A stretch of 53,419 nt of DNA, from the sequence record SRR20825019_2071. One strand, 5' to 3'. The translations under genes were made by a program, and so were the position numbers. Positions 38,144 to 47,067 of the stretch are shown here, piece after piece; within the stretch, counting starts at the first letter, position 1, and each line of letters starts with the position of its first letter. The notes beneath the pieces are model-generated. The model was not told where the DNA came from, did not search any database, and worked only from the letters and a program-made list of their open reading frames with translations.

Positions 38144-38212
38144 CTAATATAGATTCTTTTTTTGGTTCGAATGGTGACAAATGAATATCGAGGTTAGTTA
38201 ACTGATCAGATG
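38144..38212 (-). promoter_or_regulatory. Putative LytTR-binding direct repeats plus a weak -7 element
   Basis: Minus strand CAGTT (38204), CATTT (38183), CATTC (38173), i.e. 21- and 10-bp offsets, then TATATTAG (38151-38144). Confidence 0.45.
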
Positions 38213-38235
38213 CACCAATCCACTTATTTTTTAAT

Positions 38236-38979
38236 TTACAGATTCTCTAAACGAGCAAAAAACAGGTCACGTTTCGCAGGCGACAAAGGAACTTCTGATC
38301 CATCTTTCATTACAACGGCACCCCCATTTTTTTTGTCGTAGCGATCTACGTATGCAATATTTATCAAATGCGATTGTTGTACACGCAGAAAATTGTGTCC
38401 GCTTAACAGTGTCTCGTATTCTTTGAGAGTTTTTGAAACGAGAATTTTTTTACTGTCTTTCAAGAAGAAAGAGGTATAGTTTCTATCTGCTTCGCAACGA
38501 ATGATTTGATCCAGTTCCACTACATGGACACTCTCTTGCGTTTTGAGAACAAGTCTTCGTTTCTCATTTGGTTGAATGTTTGAACTTAAGGCATCATATT
38601 GTGATCCACCTTTATGTTCTTCTAGTGTTTCCAATGCTCTATCCAACGCAGATTTTAACTCTGCAGAATCAACAGGTTTTAGAAGGTAATCCAGCGCACT
38701 GAACTTTATAGCTTTAATGGCGAATTCCTCATGTGCTGTAATGAAAATTACTTCAAATGTTTTTTCAGGAATCGAACGGATTACGTCAAATCCAGTCCCG
38801 TCAGGCATTTGGATATCCAAAAAGACAATATCTGGTTGATGTCTTTCTATTGCTTTTATACCAGATTGCACGTTTTCACCTTCAGGAATTGTAACGAGAT
38901 CGTATCCGAAAGAGTCGATCATCTTTGCAATTAAGTTTCGTGTTCTGTTCTCATCATCGATGATTAGTACTTTTTTCAT
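38236..38979 (-). CDS. LytTR family response regulator
   Basis: IIDDE, FLDIQMPDGTGF, DYLLKP; IIRCEADRNYT, SKTLKEYE..L, FLRV.QSHLIN. Confidence 0.95.
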   Translation of the reverse strand: MKKVLIIDDENRTRNLIAKMIDSFGYDLVTIPEGENVQSGIKAIERHQPDIVFLDIQMPDGTGFDVIRSIPEKTFEVIFITAHEEFAIKAIKFSALDYLLKPVDSAELKSALDRALETLEEHKGGSQYDALSSNIQPNEKRRLVLKTQESVHVVELDQIIRCEADRNYTSFFLKDSKKILVSKTLKEYETLLSGHNFLRVQQSHLINIAYVDRYDKKNGGAVVMKDGSEVPLSPAKRDLFFARLENL

Positions 38980-38987
38980 TCTAGTCT

Positions 38988-41213
38988 TTAGTTTAGTGGA
39001 TTTGTTTCAACAATGTAAGGTAATGAAATTAATACATTCGTACCTGTCTTATTTTTGGTGTCAAAGTCTTTAAGTTCTAAAAAACCTTCTGTCTTATTTT
39101 TCTTATTCAAGTTGTCAATGCGCTCACGGGTGATCTCCATTGCCATACTTTTATGTGCTGAGCTTTTCTTGTTTTTCTTGGAGGCTTCTCGTCCTACACC
39201 ATTGTCAATAATGGAGATATTAAGCATTCCGTCTATTTTCGCAAATTTTATTTTAATGAACCCGCCCTCAATCGTATGAAGCTGTCCGTGCTCGATGGAG
39301 TTCTCAATAAATGGTTGCGTGATCATCGGTGGAATAATCGCATGCTCATCCAATAGTGCATCTTCTGCTTCAATGTAAAATTCAAATCGCTCTTCGAAAC
39401 GCAATTTCTGAGTCTCTAAATACTTTTGTAGAATTTCAATTTCTGTACGAATAGGAATGTTCTCCTTGGGAGAATTCTCTAAAATCAAGCGCATTAGTCG
39501 CGAGAAATTGACCAGGAATTTGGTTGAATTCTCTGTATCATTTTCGTAGATATAACTTTGAATTACCGACATGGCATTGAAGACAAAATGCGGATTCATC
39601 TGCGTACGCAACAGCGTTTGAGACATTTCTGCTTCTTTTCTTTCTTGCTTAATTTTTGTTTGATTCCACCTGTAGAAGATAATAATTCCAGCAAGGGCAA
39701 TTATGATCAAAAACGCGACAATGATATAGGTCTGGAAATTGTTTCTAAGTTGACTATTCTCTAATTGCGTTGCGGTAATAAATCGTTCTTGCCGCTCCCG
39801 TTCAATAGAATCGGCCTGAGAGTTAATGAGTCGCTCACGTTGCTCCGAACGGTATGACTCGCTGAGTTCGGCAATTTTGGTTGCGGCTTGTAGCGTTGTG
39901 TTGCTATCTACATAGTCAAGATAGAGTTTGAGGTATTCAAGCGACTTCGGAGCGTTATTAATTCCATCATATACCTCTGCAATAACACGATATGTATGGT
40001 AAATCTGATTTTTCGCTCCAAATCGTTCTCGAATTTCAATGGAACGATTCAGGTAATTTAGTGCGTTTGAGTATTTCTCTTGCGCTAAGAAAACGGTTCC
40101 TACATTGTGGTAGACGCCTGCAATTTTTTCTTTGTTATTTGTGGATTCATAATACACCAACGCTTTATTGAAATTGAGTGATGCTTTGTCGTAGATTCCT
40201 TGGTCTTTGTAGACCATTCCTAAAATATTATGTGTTTCCCCGAGTCCGTTGACATCGTGCAAGCGATTCAAGAGCGCGATTGACTGATTGGCATTATCGG
40301 TCGCAGATTGAAACTGTTTTCGTTTAAGTTGAACCGCCGCCAAATTGGTAAGAGCAAAAGCCATCTGTCGATAATCGAAGATTTGTTGTGCATAATCGTG
40401 TGAGCGTTTGAAGTAGTATTCTGCGTCATCGAGGTTGAGAATCAATGTTTGCGATTGACCTATTTCTCTTGAAAATTGAGCCATTAGGAAAATATCCTGA
40501 ACTTCCTCCGCGAGTTGTAAGCTGATCAAATTTTTGGCAACACTCAATTCTACTTGCCCAAAAAAGTCGTAGATCTCCGCTTGCGTGCTAAATGCTCTTG
40601 CCAAGGTTGCTTTATCCGCACTCCTTCTACCAAAACTAATTCCACGATCGGCATAGACCAACGCAGAATCTTTCATGTTCGCATTCATGAAATTATACGC
40701 CAATACAGAATGAACGTCAGAAAGTTTTAAGTTGTCTCTTCTTTTTTTGGCAATTTTAAGCGCCATTCGAAGGTAAAATTCAGCAGTTTCAATTTCTAAT
40801 ACGGTGCTGTGGTAATATCCCAAGTGGCGATATACTTTAAACAATGCATCGTCCGAATTTAATTTATTCACAAAGGGCTGACAGTCGAGAATCTGCCCAA
40901 AATACTTTTCCTGATCTCCCTGAATTTCGGCAATTTCCGCACTAAATAGTAAGGCACTAAATCGGATAGAGTCTTCAAAATTACGGCTCGCATCCAAGAT
41001 TACGGCCTGGAGAGAATCGGCTCGGTAAATATTGTGCTCTTTGTAGTACTCACCGAGTGCCATTAATCTCCTAAACTTCTTTTTTGGCTGTTTTTCAGAG
41101 CTGTATGACTGAATCAATTGCTGCTCACGGATGCTTTGAGCATGAGTATTTGAACTAATTCCAATAAGAAATAGCAAAAGGAGATTAAAACTGAAGCGAT
41201 GAATCAACGTCAT
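38988..41213 (-). CDS. TPR-repeat LytS/YehU-type sensor histidine kinase
   Basis: Periplasmic TPRs, one TM segment, LRTQMNPHFVFNA, QPFIENSIEHG, IIDNGVGR, GT.V. Confidence 0.95.
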   Translation of the reverse strand: MTLIHRFSFNLLLLFLIGISSNTHAQSIREQQLIQSYSSEKQPKKKFRRLMALGEYYKEHNIYRADSLQAVILDASRNFEDSIRFSALLFSAEIAEIQGDQEKYFGQILDCQPFVNKLNSDDALFKVYRHLGYYHSTVLEIETAEFYLRMALKIAKKRRDNLKLSDVHSVLAYNFMNANMKDSALVYADRGISFGRRSADKATLARAFSTQAEIYDFFGQVELSVAKNLISLQLAEEVQDIFLMAQFSREIGQSQTLILNLDDAEYYFKRSHDYAQQIFDYRQMAFALTNLAAVQLKRKQFQSATDNANQSIALLNRLHDVNGLGETHNILGMVYKDQGIYDKASLNFNKALVYYESTNNKEKIAGVYHNVGTVFLAQEKYSNALNYLNRSIEIRERFGAKNQIYHTYRVIAEVYDGINNAPKSLEYLKLYLDYVDSNTTLQAATKIAELSESYRSEQRERLINSQADSIERERQERFITATQLENSQLRNNFQTYIIVAFLIIIALAGIIIFYRWNQTKIKQERKEAEMSQTLLRTQMNPHFVFNAMSVIQSYIYENDTENSTKFLVNFSRLMRLILENSPKENIPIRTEIEILQKYLETQKLRFEERFEFYIEAEDALLDEHAIIPPMITQPFIENSIEHGQLHTIEGGFIKIKFAKIDGMLNISIIDNGVGREASKKNKKSSAHKSMAMEITRERIDNLNKKNKTEGFLELKDFDTKNKTGTNVLISLPYIVETNPLN

Positions 41214-41327
41214 TGGAGGTAAAAATAAGATATTTAGTGATCTTTTGACCTTAGAAAGGGAGATTTCGTTCCTTCAAATTGCTTCATTTCTCTATCTTTG
41301 CGCATTCATTTGTTGAGCAGTAGAATC

Positions 41328-44237
41328 ATGGAGTATAACTTTGTAGAAATAGAGAAAAGTTGGAGAAAATTTTGGGCTGAGAATAAAACATTCAAAGCAG
41401 AGGAAATTTCCACTAAACCAAAATATTATGTGCTAGACATGTTTCCATACCCTTCAGGGGCAGGATTGCACGTTGGTCACCCGCTCGGATATATCGCTTC
41501 GGATATTTTTTCTCGTTACAAACGTCTCCAAGGGTTTAATGTTTTGCACCCAATGGGATATGATTCTTTCGGATTACCGGCAGAGCAATATGCTATTCAA
41601 ACGGGTCAACATCCTGCAGTTACAACAAAAACGAACATTGAAGGCGGTGTTGATAATCAGGGAAATAAAATTTCAGGGTATAGAAATCAACTAGACATCA
41701 TGGGATTCTCATTCGATTGGGACCGTGAAGTTAGAACGTCATCTAAAGAATACTACAAATGGACGCAATGGATTTTTAAGCAAATTTTTGATTGCTGGTA
41801 CAATAATTCCACAGACAAAGCGGAGCGAATAAATGAGTTAGTTGCCATTTTTGAAAAAGAAGGAAATACTACCGTGAATGCGGTTCATGATTGCGAAATC
41901 ACTTTTTCTGGAGCTGAATGGAATGCATTTTCGGAAGCTGAACAGCAGAAAATATTAATGAATTACCGATTGACCTACTTGGCAGATTCATGGGTGAACT
42001 GGTGTCCTGCGTTGGGAACCGTATTAGCGAATGACGAAGTAGTCAACGGTGTTTCTGAGCGAGGTGGACACCCTGTAGTTCAAAAACTAATGCGCCAATG
42101 GTCGATGCGAATCAAAGCATACGCAGAACGATTATTAACCGGTCTAGAAACGGTTGATTGGACGGATTCGATTAAAGATATGCAACGCAACTGGATCGGG
42201 AAATCTGTTGGAGCAAGCGTGAAATTCAAGGTTGACTTCGAATCTGGTCTATCGAATGTTGACTTCGACTCCGCTCAGTCAACAGATGGAAGTGAGTTGA
42301 GCGCAGTAAACGGTGGGTTGAGCGGAGTCGAAACCCACGAAATCGAAGTATTCACAACACGCCCAGACACGATCTACGGTGTTTCTTTCATGGTGCTCGC
42401 ACCAGAGCATCCACTTGTAGATCTCATCACTACACCAGAGCAAAAAGAAGCAGTTGAGGCATATAAAAAAGAAGCCTCGTTGAAATCAGAACGAGATCGC
42501 CAAGCGGACGTGAAAAATATTTCGGGTCAGTTTATTGGTGCGTACGCCATTCACCCGTTTACAGGAGAAAAAGTTCAAATCTGGATCGGAGACTACGTTT
42601 TGGCTTCCTACGGAACAGGCGCTGTAATGGCAGTTCCATGTGGAGATCAACGCGATTGGGATTTTGCGAAGCATTTCAACATAGAAATCAAAAACATTTT
42701 CAAGGACATTGATATTTCTGAAGCAGCATACACGGAGAAAGACGCTGTGATCACGAATTCAGATTTCCTAAACGATCTTCCAGCAAAAAAGGCCATTAAA
42801 TTGGCTGTTTTCGAAATCGAAAAACGCGGAATCGGGAAAGGACAAACGAATTACCGTTTGAGAGATGCGGTGTTCTCACGTCAGCGTTACTGGGGAGAAC
42901 CATTTCCTGTGTATTACAAAAACGAGATTCCATATTTGGTAGCGGATGAACATTTGCCGATCACGCTTCCAGAAGTAGATAAATACTTGCCGACAGAAGA
43001 TGGTGAGCCGCCGTTAGCACGCGCAGAAAAAGACGCTTGGAATTACCACGAAGGAGACCGAATGGAGTTCAATACGATGCCTGGTTGGGCAGGAAGTTCT
43101 TGGTATTTCTTGCGTTACATGGATCCAACGAACGACAATGAATTCGTTTCCAAGGAAAAAGTAGATTACTGGCAAAACGTGGATTTATACATTGGTGGTT
43201 CTGAACACGCTACGGGGCATTTATTGTACTCGCGTTTTTGGACAAAATTCTTGTATGATTTAGGATATATTCCGTTTGAAGAGCCGTTCAAGAAAATGAT
43301 CAACCAAGGGATGATTTTGGGGAGGTCGGCAATCGCATTTTTGGATGAAGAAGGATCGCTCCATTCTTATGACCTAATAAAAGACAAAGTCTCTGACGGA
43401 GGATTTAGAGAAGTTAGAATCCTTATTGATCTGATAAATGATGATGAAAGTATCAGGATTGATGATCTCATGGCGTGGCAACCCCAGTTCAAAGAAATTA
43501 ATATTGTTTCTAATTCAGAAGGAAAGGTAATCGTAAAAAGAGAGGTTGACAAAATGTCCAAACGATGGTTCAATGTTGTAACTCCTGATGATCTTTGTGA
43601 AAAATTCGGTGCAGACACATTACGTATGTACGAAATGTTCTTGGGACCATTGGAGCAAAGCAAACCTTGGGACACTAAAGGAATCAACGGAGTGCACAAC
43701 TTCTTGCGTAAACTGTGGCGTTTATTCTTCGATAAAGACGGCAACAAAGTTCTCGAGAACGGTGAACCGACAAAAGACGCATTGAAAACATTGCACAAAA
43801 CGATCAAGAAAATCGGTGACGATTTGGAACGTTTCTCGTTTAATACTGGAGTTTCGAACTTCATGATTTGCGTAAACGAGTTGACAGAGCAAAAATGTCA
43901 CAACGCTTCTATTTTGAAGGAATTAGTGGTGTTGCTTTCACCGTATGCGCCACATATCGCAGAAGAACTGTGGGTGATTTTAGGAAACGAGCCAGGTACG
44001 GTTGGAGTTCAATCTTTCCCTACGTTTAACGAAGCCTTTTTGATCGAAGCAAATCACGCTTACCCTGTTTCTTTTAATGGTAAAATGCGCTTTAAACTTG
44101 AACTTCCTGCTACTTTAACGAAAGAAGAAGTGGAGAAAGAAGTGCTTGCGAACGCACAGACACATAAGTATTTGGATGGAAATGCAGCGAAAAAGGTAAT
44201 CGTTGTACCCGGAAAAATTGTGAATGTGGTGATGTAG
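41328..44237 (+). CDS. leuS: Leucine--tRNA ligase (start reassigned to ATG 41328)
   Basis: MFPYPSGAGLHVGH, FTTRPDT, GTGAVMAVP, FSRQRYWGEP, KMSKR; TATCTTTG promoter at 41293-41300. Confidence 0.98.
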   Translation: MEYNFVEIEKSWRKFWAENKTFKAEEISTKPKYYVLDMFPYPSGAGLHVGHPLGYIASDIFSRYKRLQGFNVLHPMGYDSFGLPAEQYAIQTGQHPAVTTKTNIEGGVDNQGNKISGYRNQLDIMGFSFDWDREVRTSSKEYYKWTQWIFKQIFDCWYNNSTDKAERINELVAIFEKEGNTTVNAVHDCEITFSGAEWNAFSEAEQQKILMNYRLTYLADSWVNWCPALGTVLANDEVVNGVSERGGHPVVQKLMRQWSMRIKAYAERLLTGLETVDWTDSIKDMQRNWIGKSVGASVKFKVDFESGLSNVDFDSAQSTDGSELSAVNGGLSGVETHEIEVFTTRPDTIYGVSFMVLAPEHPLVDLITTPEQKEAVEAYKKEASLKSERDRQADVKNISGQFIGAYAIHPFTGEKVQIWIGDYVLASYGTGAVMAVPCGDQRDWDFAKHFNIEIKNIFKDIDISEAAYTEKDAVITNSDFLNDLPAKKAIKLAVFEIEKRGIGKGQTNYRLRDAVFSRQRYWGEPFPVYYKNEIPYLVADEHLPITLPEVDKYLPTEDGEPPLARAEKDAWNYHEGDRMEFNTMPGWAGSSWYFLRYMDPTNDNEFVSKEKVDYWQNVDLYIGGSEHATGHLLYSRFWTKFLYDLGYIPFEEPFKKMINQGMILGRSAIAFLDEEGSLHSYDLIKDKVSDGGFREVRILIDLINDDESIRIDDLMAWQPQFKEINIVSNSEGKVIVKREVDKMSKRWFNVVTPDDLCEKFGADTLRMYEMFLGPLEQSKPWDTKGINGVHNFLRKLWRLFFDKDGNKVLENGEPTKDALKTLHKTIKKIGDDLERFSFNTGVSNFMICVNELTEQKCHNASILKELVVLLSPYAPHIAEELWVILGNEPGTVGVQSFPTFNEAFLIEANHAYPVSFNGKMRFKLELPATLTKEEVEKEVLANAQTHKYLDGNAAKKVIVVPGKIVNVVM
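42231..42338. repeat. Palindromic REP-like element embedded in frame in leuS
   Basis: Hairpins TGTTGACT-TCGACTCCGCTC-AGTCAACA (42257-42284) and GTGGGTT-GAGCGGAGTCGA-AACCCAC (42313-42338) with mutually complementary 12-nt loops. Confidence 0.85.
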
Positions 44238-44311
44238 ATTCTTGGCGAATCCAAGTCGGATTATGGATAAGTTTTTTTCGTAGGTTTATGGTTCACTTTT
44301 AACCAATTCTT

Positions 44312-44662
44312 ATGAAAAATCTTGACGTAGTTTCAAAACGCATTTTAGCAGTTGGACTGTCAGTTGTTGCAATTATTTTGGCATTGACTCTGTTCATGGC
44401 AACCACATCTACAGCCAGTGCAGGAAATATGAATATCGACAATTTCGATCCAAACAGTGGTATTTCTATGCCAGCAGCTGGAAATGGAAAAATCATGATG
44501 GATTACACATCGGTGCACGTTCCGTCGCAAGATAAAACCTATTATGAAGTATTGGTTTGGAACTCTGAAACGGGGGAAAGCAAACTTTACTTCTACAGCT
44601 ACGATTCTAAAAAATTCAAACCGTATGAAGATAATGTACAACTTCCTGCGAATCCACTTTAG
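44312..44662 (+). CDS. Hypothetical exported/membrane-anchored protein
   Basis: 116-aa ORF with an N-terminal hydrophobic segment, LVWNSETGESK motif and its own terminator. Confidence 0.75.
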   Translation: MKNLDVVSKRILAVGLSVVAIILALTLFMATTSTASAGNMNIDNFDPNSGISMPAAGNGKIMMDYTSVHVPSQDKTYYEVLVWNSETGESKLYFYSYDSKKFKPYEDNVQLPANPL

Positions 44663-44681
44663 AAAATAAATGAACCCCATG

Positions 44682-44712
44682 AAAGAGATTGTTATTGACA
44701 ATCTCTTTTTTT
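44682..44712 (+). terminator. Intrinsic terminator
   Basis: AAAGAGATTGT/ACAATCTCTTT stem plus T tract. Confidence 0.8.
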
Positions 44713-44781
44713 ATGCAGCTATTTTAGCCTTTTCGATTTGCGAAAGAATGGACTAAGAACTCAGACAGAGTTAATGTAAAT

Positions 44782-44816
44782 AAAAATGAGGAAATCGATT
44801 TGATTCCCCCATTTTT
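44782..44816 (-). terminator. Intrinsic terminator of 44833..46155
   Basis: Minus strand AAAAATGGGGGAATC/GATTTCCTCATTTTT with G-U pairs. Confidence 0.7.
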
Positions 44817-44832
44817 AAATAATTGATTAAAA

Positions 44833-46155
44833 TTAGTTCACAACGAACTGCTTTGAAGAAGTTAAATCTCCCTTTCTAATATTTAGCATGTACAATCCTG
44901 ATTCAAATTTGGAAACATCGATCGTTGTTCTCTCCGATTTCAAAGTAATCGTTTTAACGAGTACACCAGAAGTTGTATAAATCGTTAACTCACCATTTGA
45001 TAAAGCTGTGTTCTTCACTTGAACTTCTATCTCAGTGCTCGCTGGATTTGGTTTGATAGTGAGATCATTTTCTCCCATGTGATCATTATAGACGTTTGAA
45101 GATTTGATCGCATTGTTGTCTGTTGGACTGTTAGAAGTCGTTTTTGGTTGAGCAGACGAATAAGGACACACTGTATATTCGCATACCGTACAGTCTGGCT
45201 TTCTAATCGTAACATCTAAGCAGTAATCCACTTTGTTTTTACAACAACTCAAGGCCAATACAGGAGGGAATAACATATCCAACTGAACACCTTGATTGAC
45301 GACGGTAGGAGTGGTGAATGTCCAACAGATTTTACGTGAGTAACCTAATCCAAGAGGATCGTATAAAACAGCGGAAGTTCCTGCAATTGGCTGTCCACCT
45401 AAGAAAGTACCAAATCTTTCCTGATTGGCAACATCACATTTGAGACAAGCGTCATCTACCGTTGAAACATAGAAAGGTAAATCAACGCAGATAGAGCTAA
45501 CAGCCTCACCCAAGGTGTTGATTCCAAGATTAATGTATTGACTTCCGTTTGTATTGACATTCCCAATAGAGTTAACCAATATTTTATGGTTACAGACACA
45601 GTTATTGCAGCAATCAAAAGCGACAGAATCAATGGACAATCCAAAACCTGCTCCAGGTCGGTTGTACGTAAAATTAAGACTCGTAATAGATCCAGTCCAA
45701 GTTACCCAACCCGTTGCGTCGTCTACGGTTGCATCTACGCTATTCATAAAGCCAGTTGGATCAAAAAATGTTCCAGTCAAACCTGAATATGTCGGCGCAA
45801 TGCCCGAGATAGATTCCCCTAAAAGACCATCCAAATCAACAAAGCGAATTCGAAGATTACAGACAGGATCTGAGAACGTAAAGTTCATCGGGATGCTCGG
45901 TGTATTCACACCAGTGTTGGCAGGGAAAATAATCCCGTTTACAAGACCGCCTCCACCAGCAGTTACATTAATGAAGCGATCTTGATTCGTTGCCGTAATC
46001 GTGTAATTGACCGTACTGCCATCGCATAATGTAAATGTTGGACTGGTATCAGTGCTTGTTGCTGTAGTTGAAGACCAAGAAAGGTCATCGGATACTTGCG
46101 CATTACCGAAGAACGCACATGTGGCTAGCCCGAAGGCAAAAAGTATTCTTTTCAT
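44833..46155 (-). CDS. Cysteine-rich T9SS type-A CTD protein
   Basis: Signal peptide; CC..C.C and C..C clusters; IKPNPAS...SGLYML.I...KQFVVN. Confidence 0.88.
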   Translation of the reverse strand: MKRILFAFGLATCAFFGNAQVSDDLSWSSTTATSTDTSPTFTLCDGSTVNYTITATNQDRFINVTAGGGGLVNGIIFPANTGVNTPSIPMNFTFSDPVCNLRIRFVDLDGLLGESISGIAPTYSGLTGTFFDPTGFMNSVDATVDDATGWVTWTGSITSLNFTYNRPGAGFGLSIDSVAFDCCNNCVCNHKILVNSIGNVNTNGSQYINLGINTLGEAVSSICVDLPFYVSTVDDACLKCDVANQERFGTFLGGQPIAGTSAVLYDPLGLGYSRKICWTFTTPTVVNQGVQLDMLFPPVLALSCCKNKVDYCLDVTIRKPDCTVCEYTVCPYSSAQPKTTSNSPTDNNAIKSSNVYNDHMGENDLTIKPNPASTEIEVQVKNTALSNGELTIYTTSGVLVKTITLKSERTTIDVSKFESGLYMLNIRKGDLTSSKQFVVN

Positions 46156-46318
46156 GAGAATAGTGGTTTATGTGATTAAAAATTTATTTCAGCCATAATA
46201 TAGTAATTTATTATTAAAAGGAAGATTATCAGTTAATTAACCTTTTCCAGATGAAAAAATGCGTGTACGTGTAACAGAAGAGCTACTTCTTCGTTAACAT
46301 CTACATAACTCATGTAGG

Positions 46319-46993
46319 ATGAAAATAATTTTTCTGTGTATCTTTTCTTTGTGGGGATTGTTCTCCATTAGTCAAGAGCAACAAGCTTCCATTCATGTAA
46401 CGGTAATGAACAAACAACGGCGTGGAATTCCGAACGATAAAATCACGTTTATTGGACAAAACTCTGGGAAGCAATTTGTTGGAATTTCTGATGCTCGAGG
46501 ACAGTTTCTAGTGAAACTTCCTCCAGGAGATTCGTATGCAATAAAAGTAGAAGTGATTGGAGATGAAATCGATTACCAAACATTTGAAGTTCCCTCGCCA
46601 CCGCCAGGCGCAATATTCAAAACAGTAGAAATGGAAGTGATCTATGAACTGCCCGTTTCTGTTACGTTGAAGAATGTCAATTTTTCCAGTGGATCGCATG
46701 AGTTAAAAACGTCCAGCTATGCGACATTGAACACACTTGTAGACTATCTTTTGCGAAAAAAGGACGTTAGAATCAGATTAGAAGGTCATACGGATAGTGA
46801 CGGAGATGAAGCGTCGAACTTAAAATTGTCTGAAGAAAGAGCATTTGAGATTAAAAAATACTTAGTAAAAAAGGGAATTGACGAACAGCGAATTGAAACA
46901 AAAGGCTACGGTGAACTCAAGCCGATCGCTGAGAATACATCAGCAGAAAACAAGGCAAAAAATAGAAGGACAGAAGTTCATATTTTGAATTAA
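46319..46993 (+). CDS. OmpA family peptidoglycan-binding protein
   Basis: LEGHTDSDG...NLKLSEERA, GYGE.KP, NRRTE. Confidence 0.93.
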   Translation: MKIIFLCIFSLWGLFSISQEQQASIHVTVMNKQRRGIPNDKITFIGQNSGKQFVGISDARGQFLVKLPPGDSYAIKVEVIGDEIDYQTFEVPSPPPGAIFKTVEMEVIYELPVSVTLKNVNFSSGSHELKTSSYATLNTLVDYLLRKKDVRIRLEGHTDSDGDEASNLKLSEERAFEIKKYLVKKGIDEQRIETKGYGELKPIAENTSAENKAKNRRTEVHILN

Positions 46994-47067
46994 ATAAGAT
47001 CAATCCCTAACCCAAACTATTACTGCAAATTGAAGGCGTCGATCAATTTATTATGTAATTTGGCGAC

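Noticed and set aside
42231-42338. Intein or self-splicing intron in leuS
   Set aside because: Far too short; no Cys/Ser start, His-Asn end or group I/II core
43367-43864. 165-aa minus-strand ORF and other short nested ORFs in the six-frame track
   Set aside because: Antisense or off-frame shadows of well-supported genes
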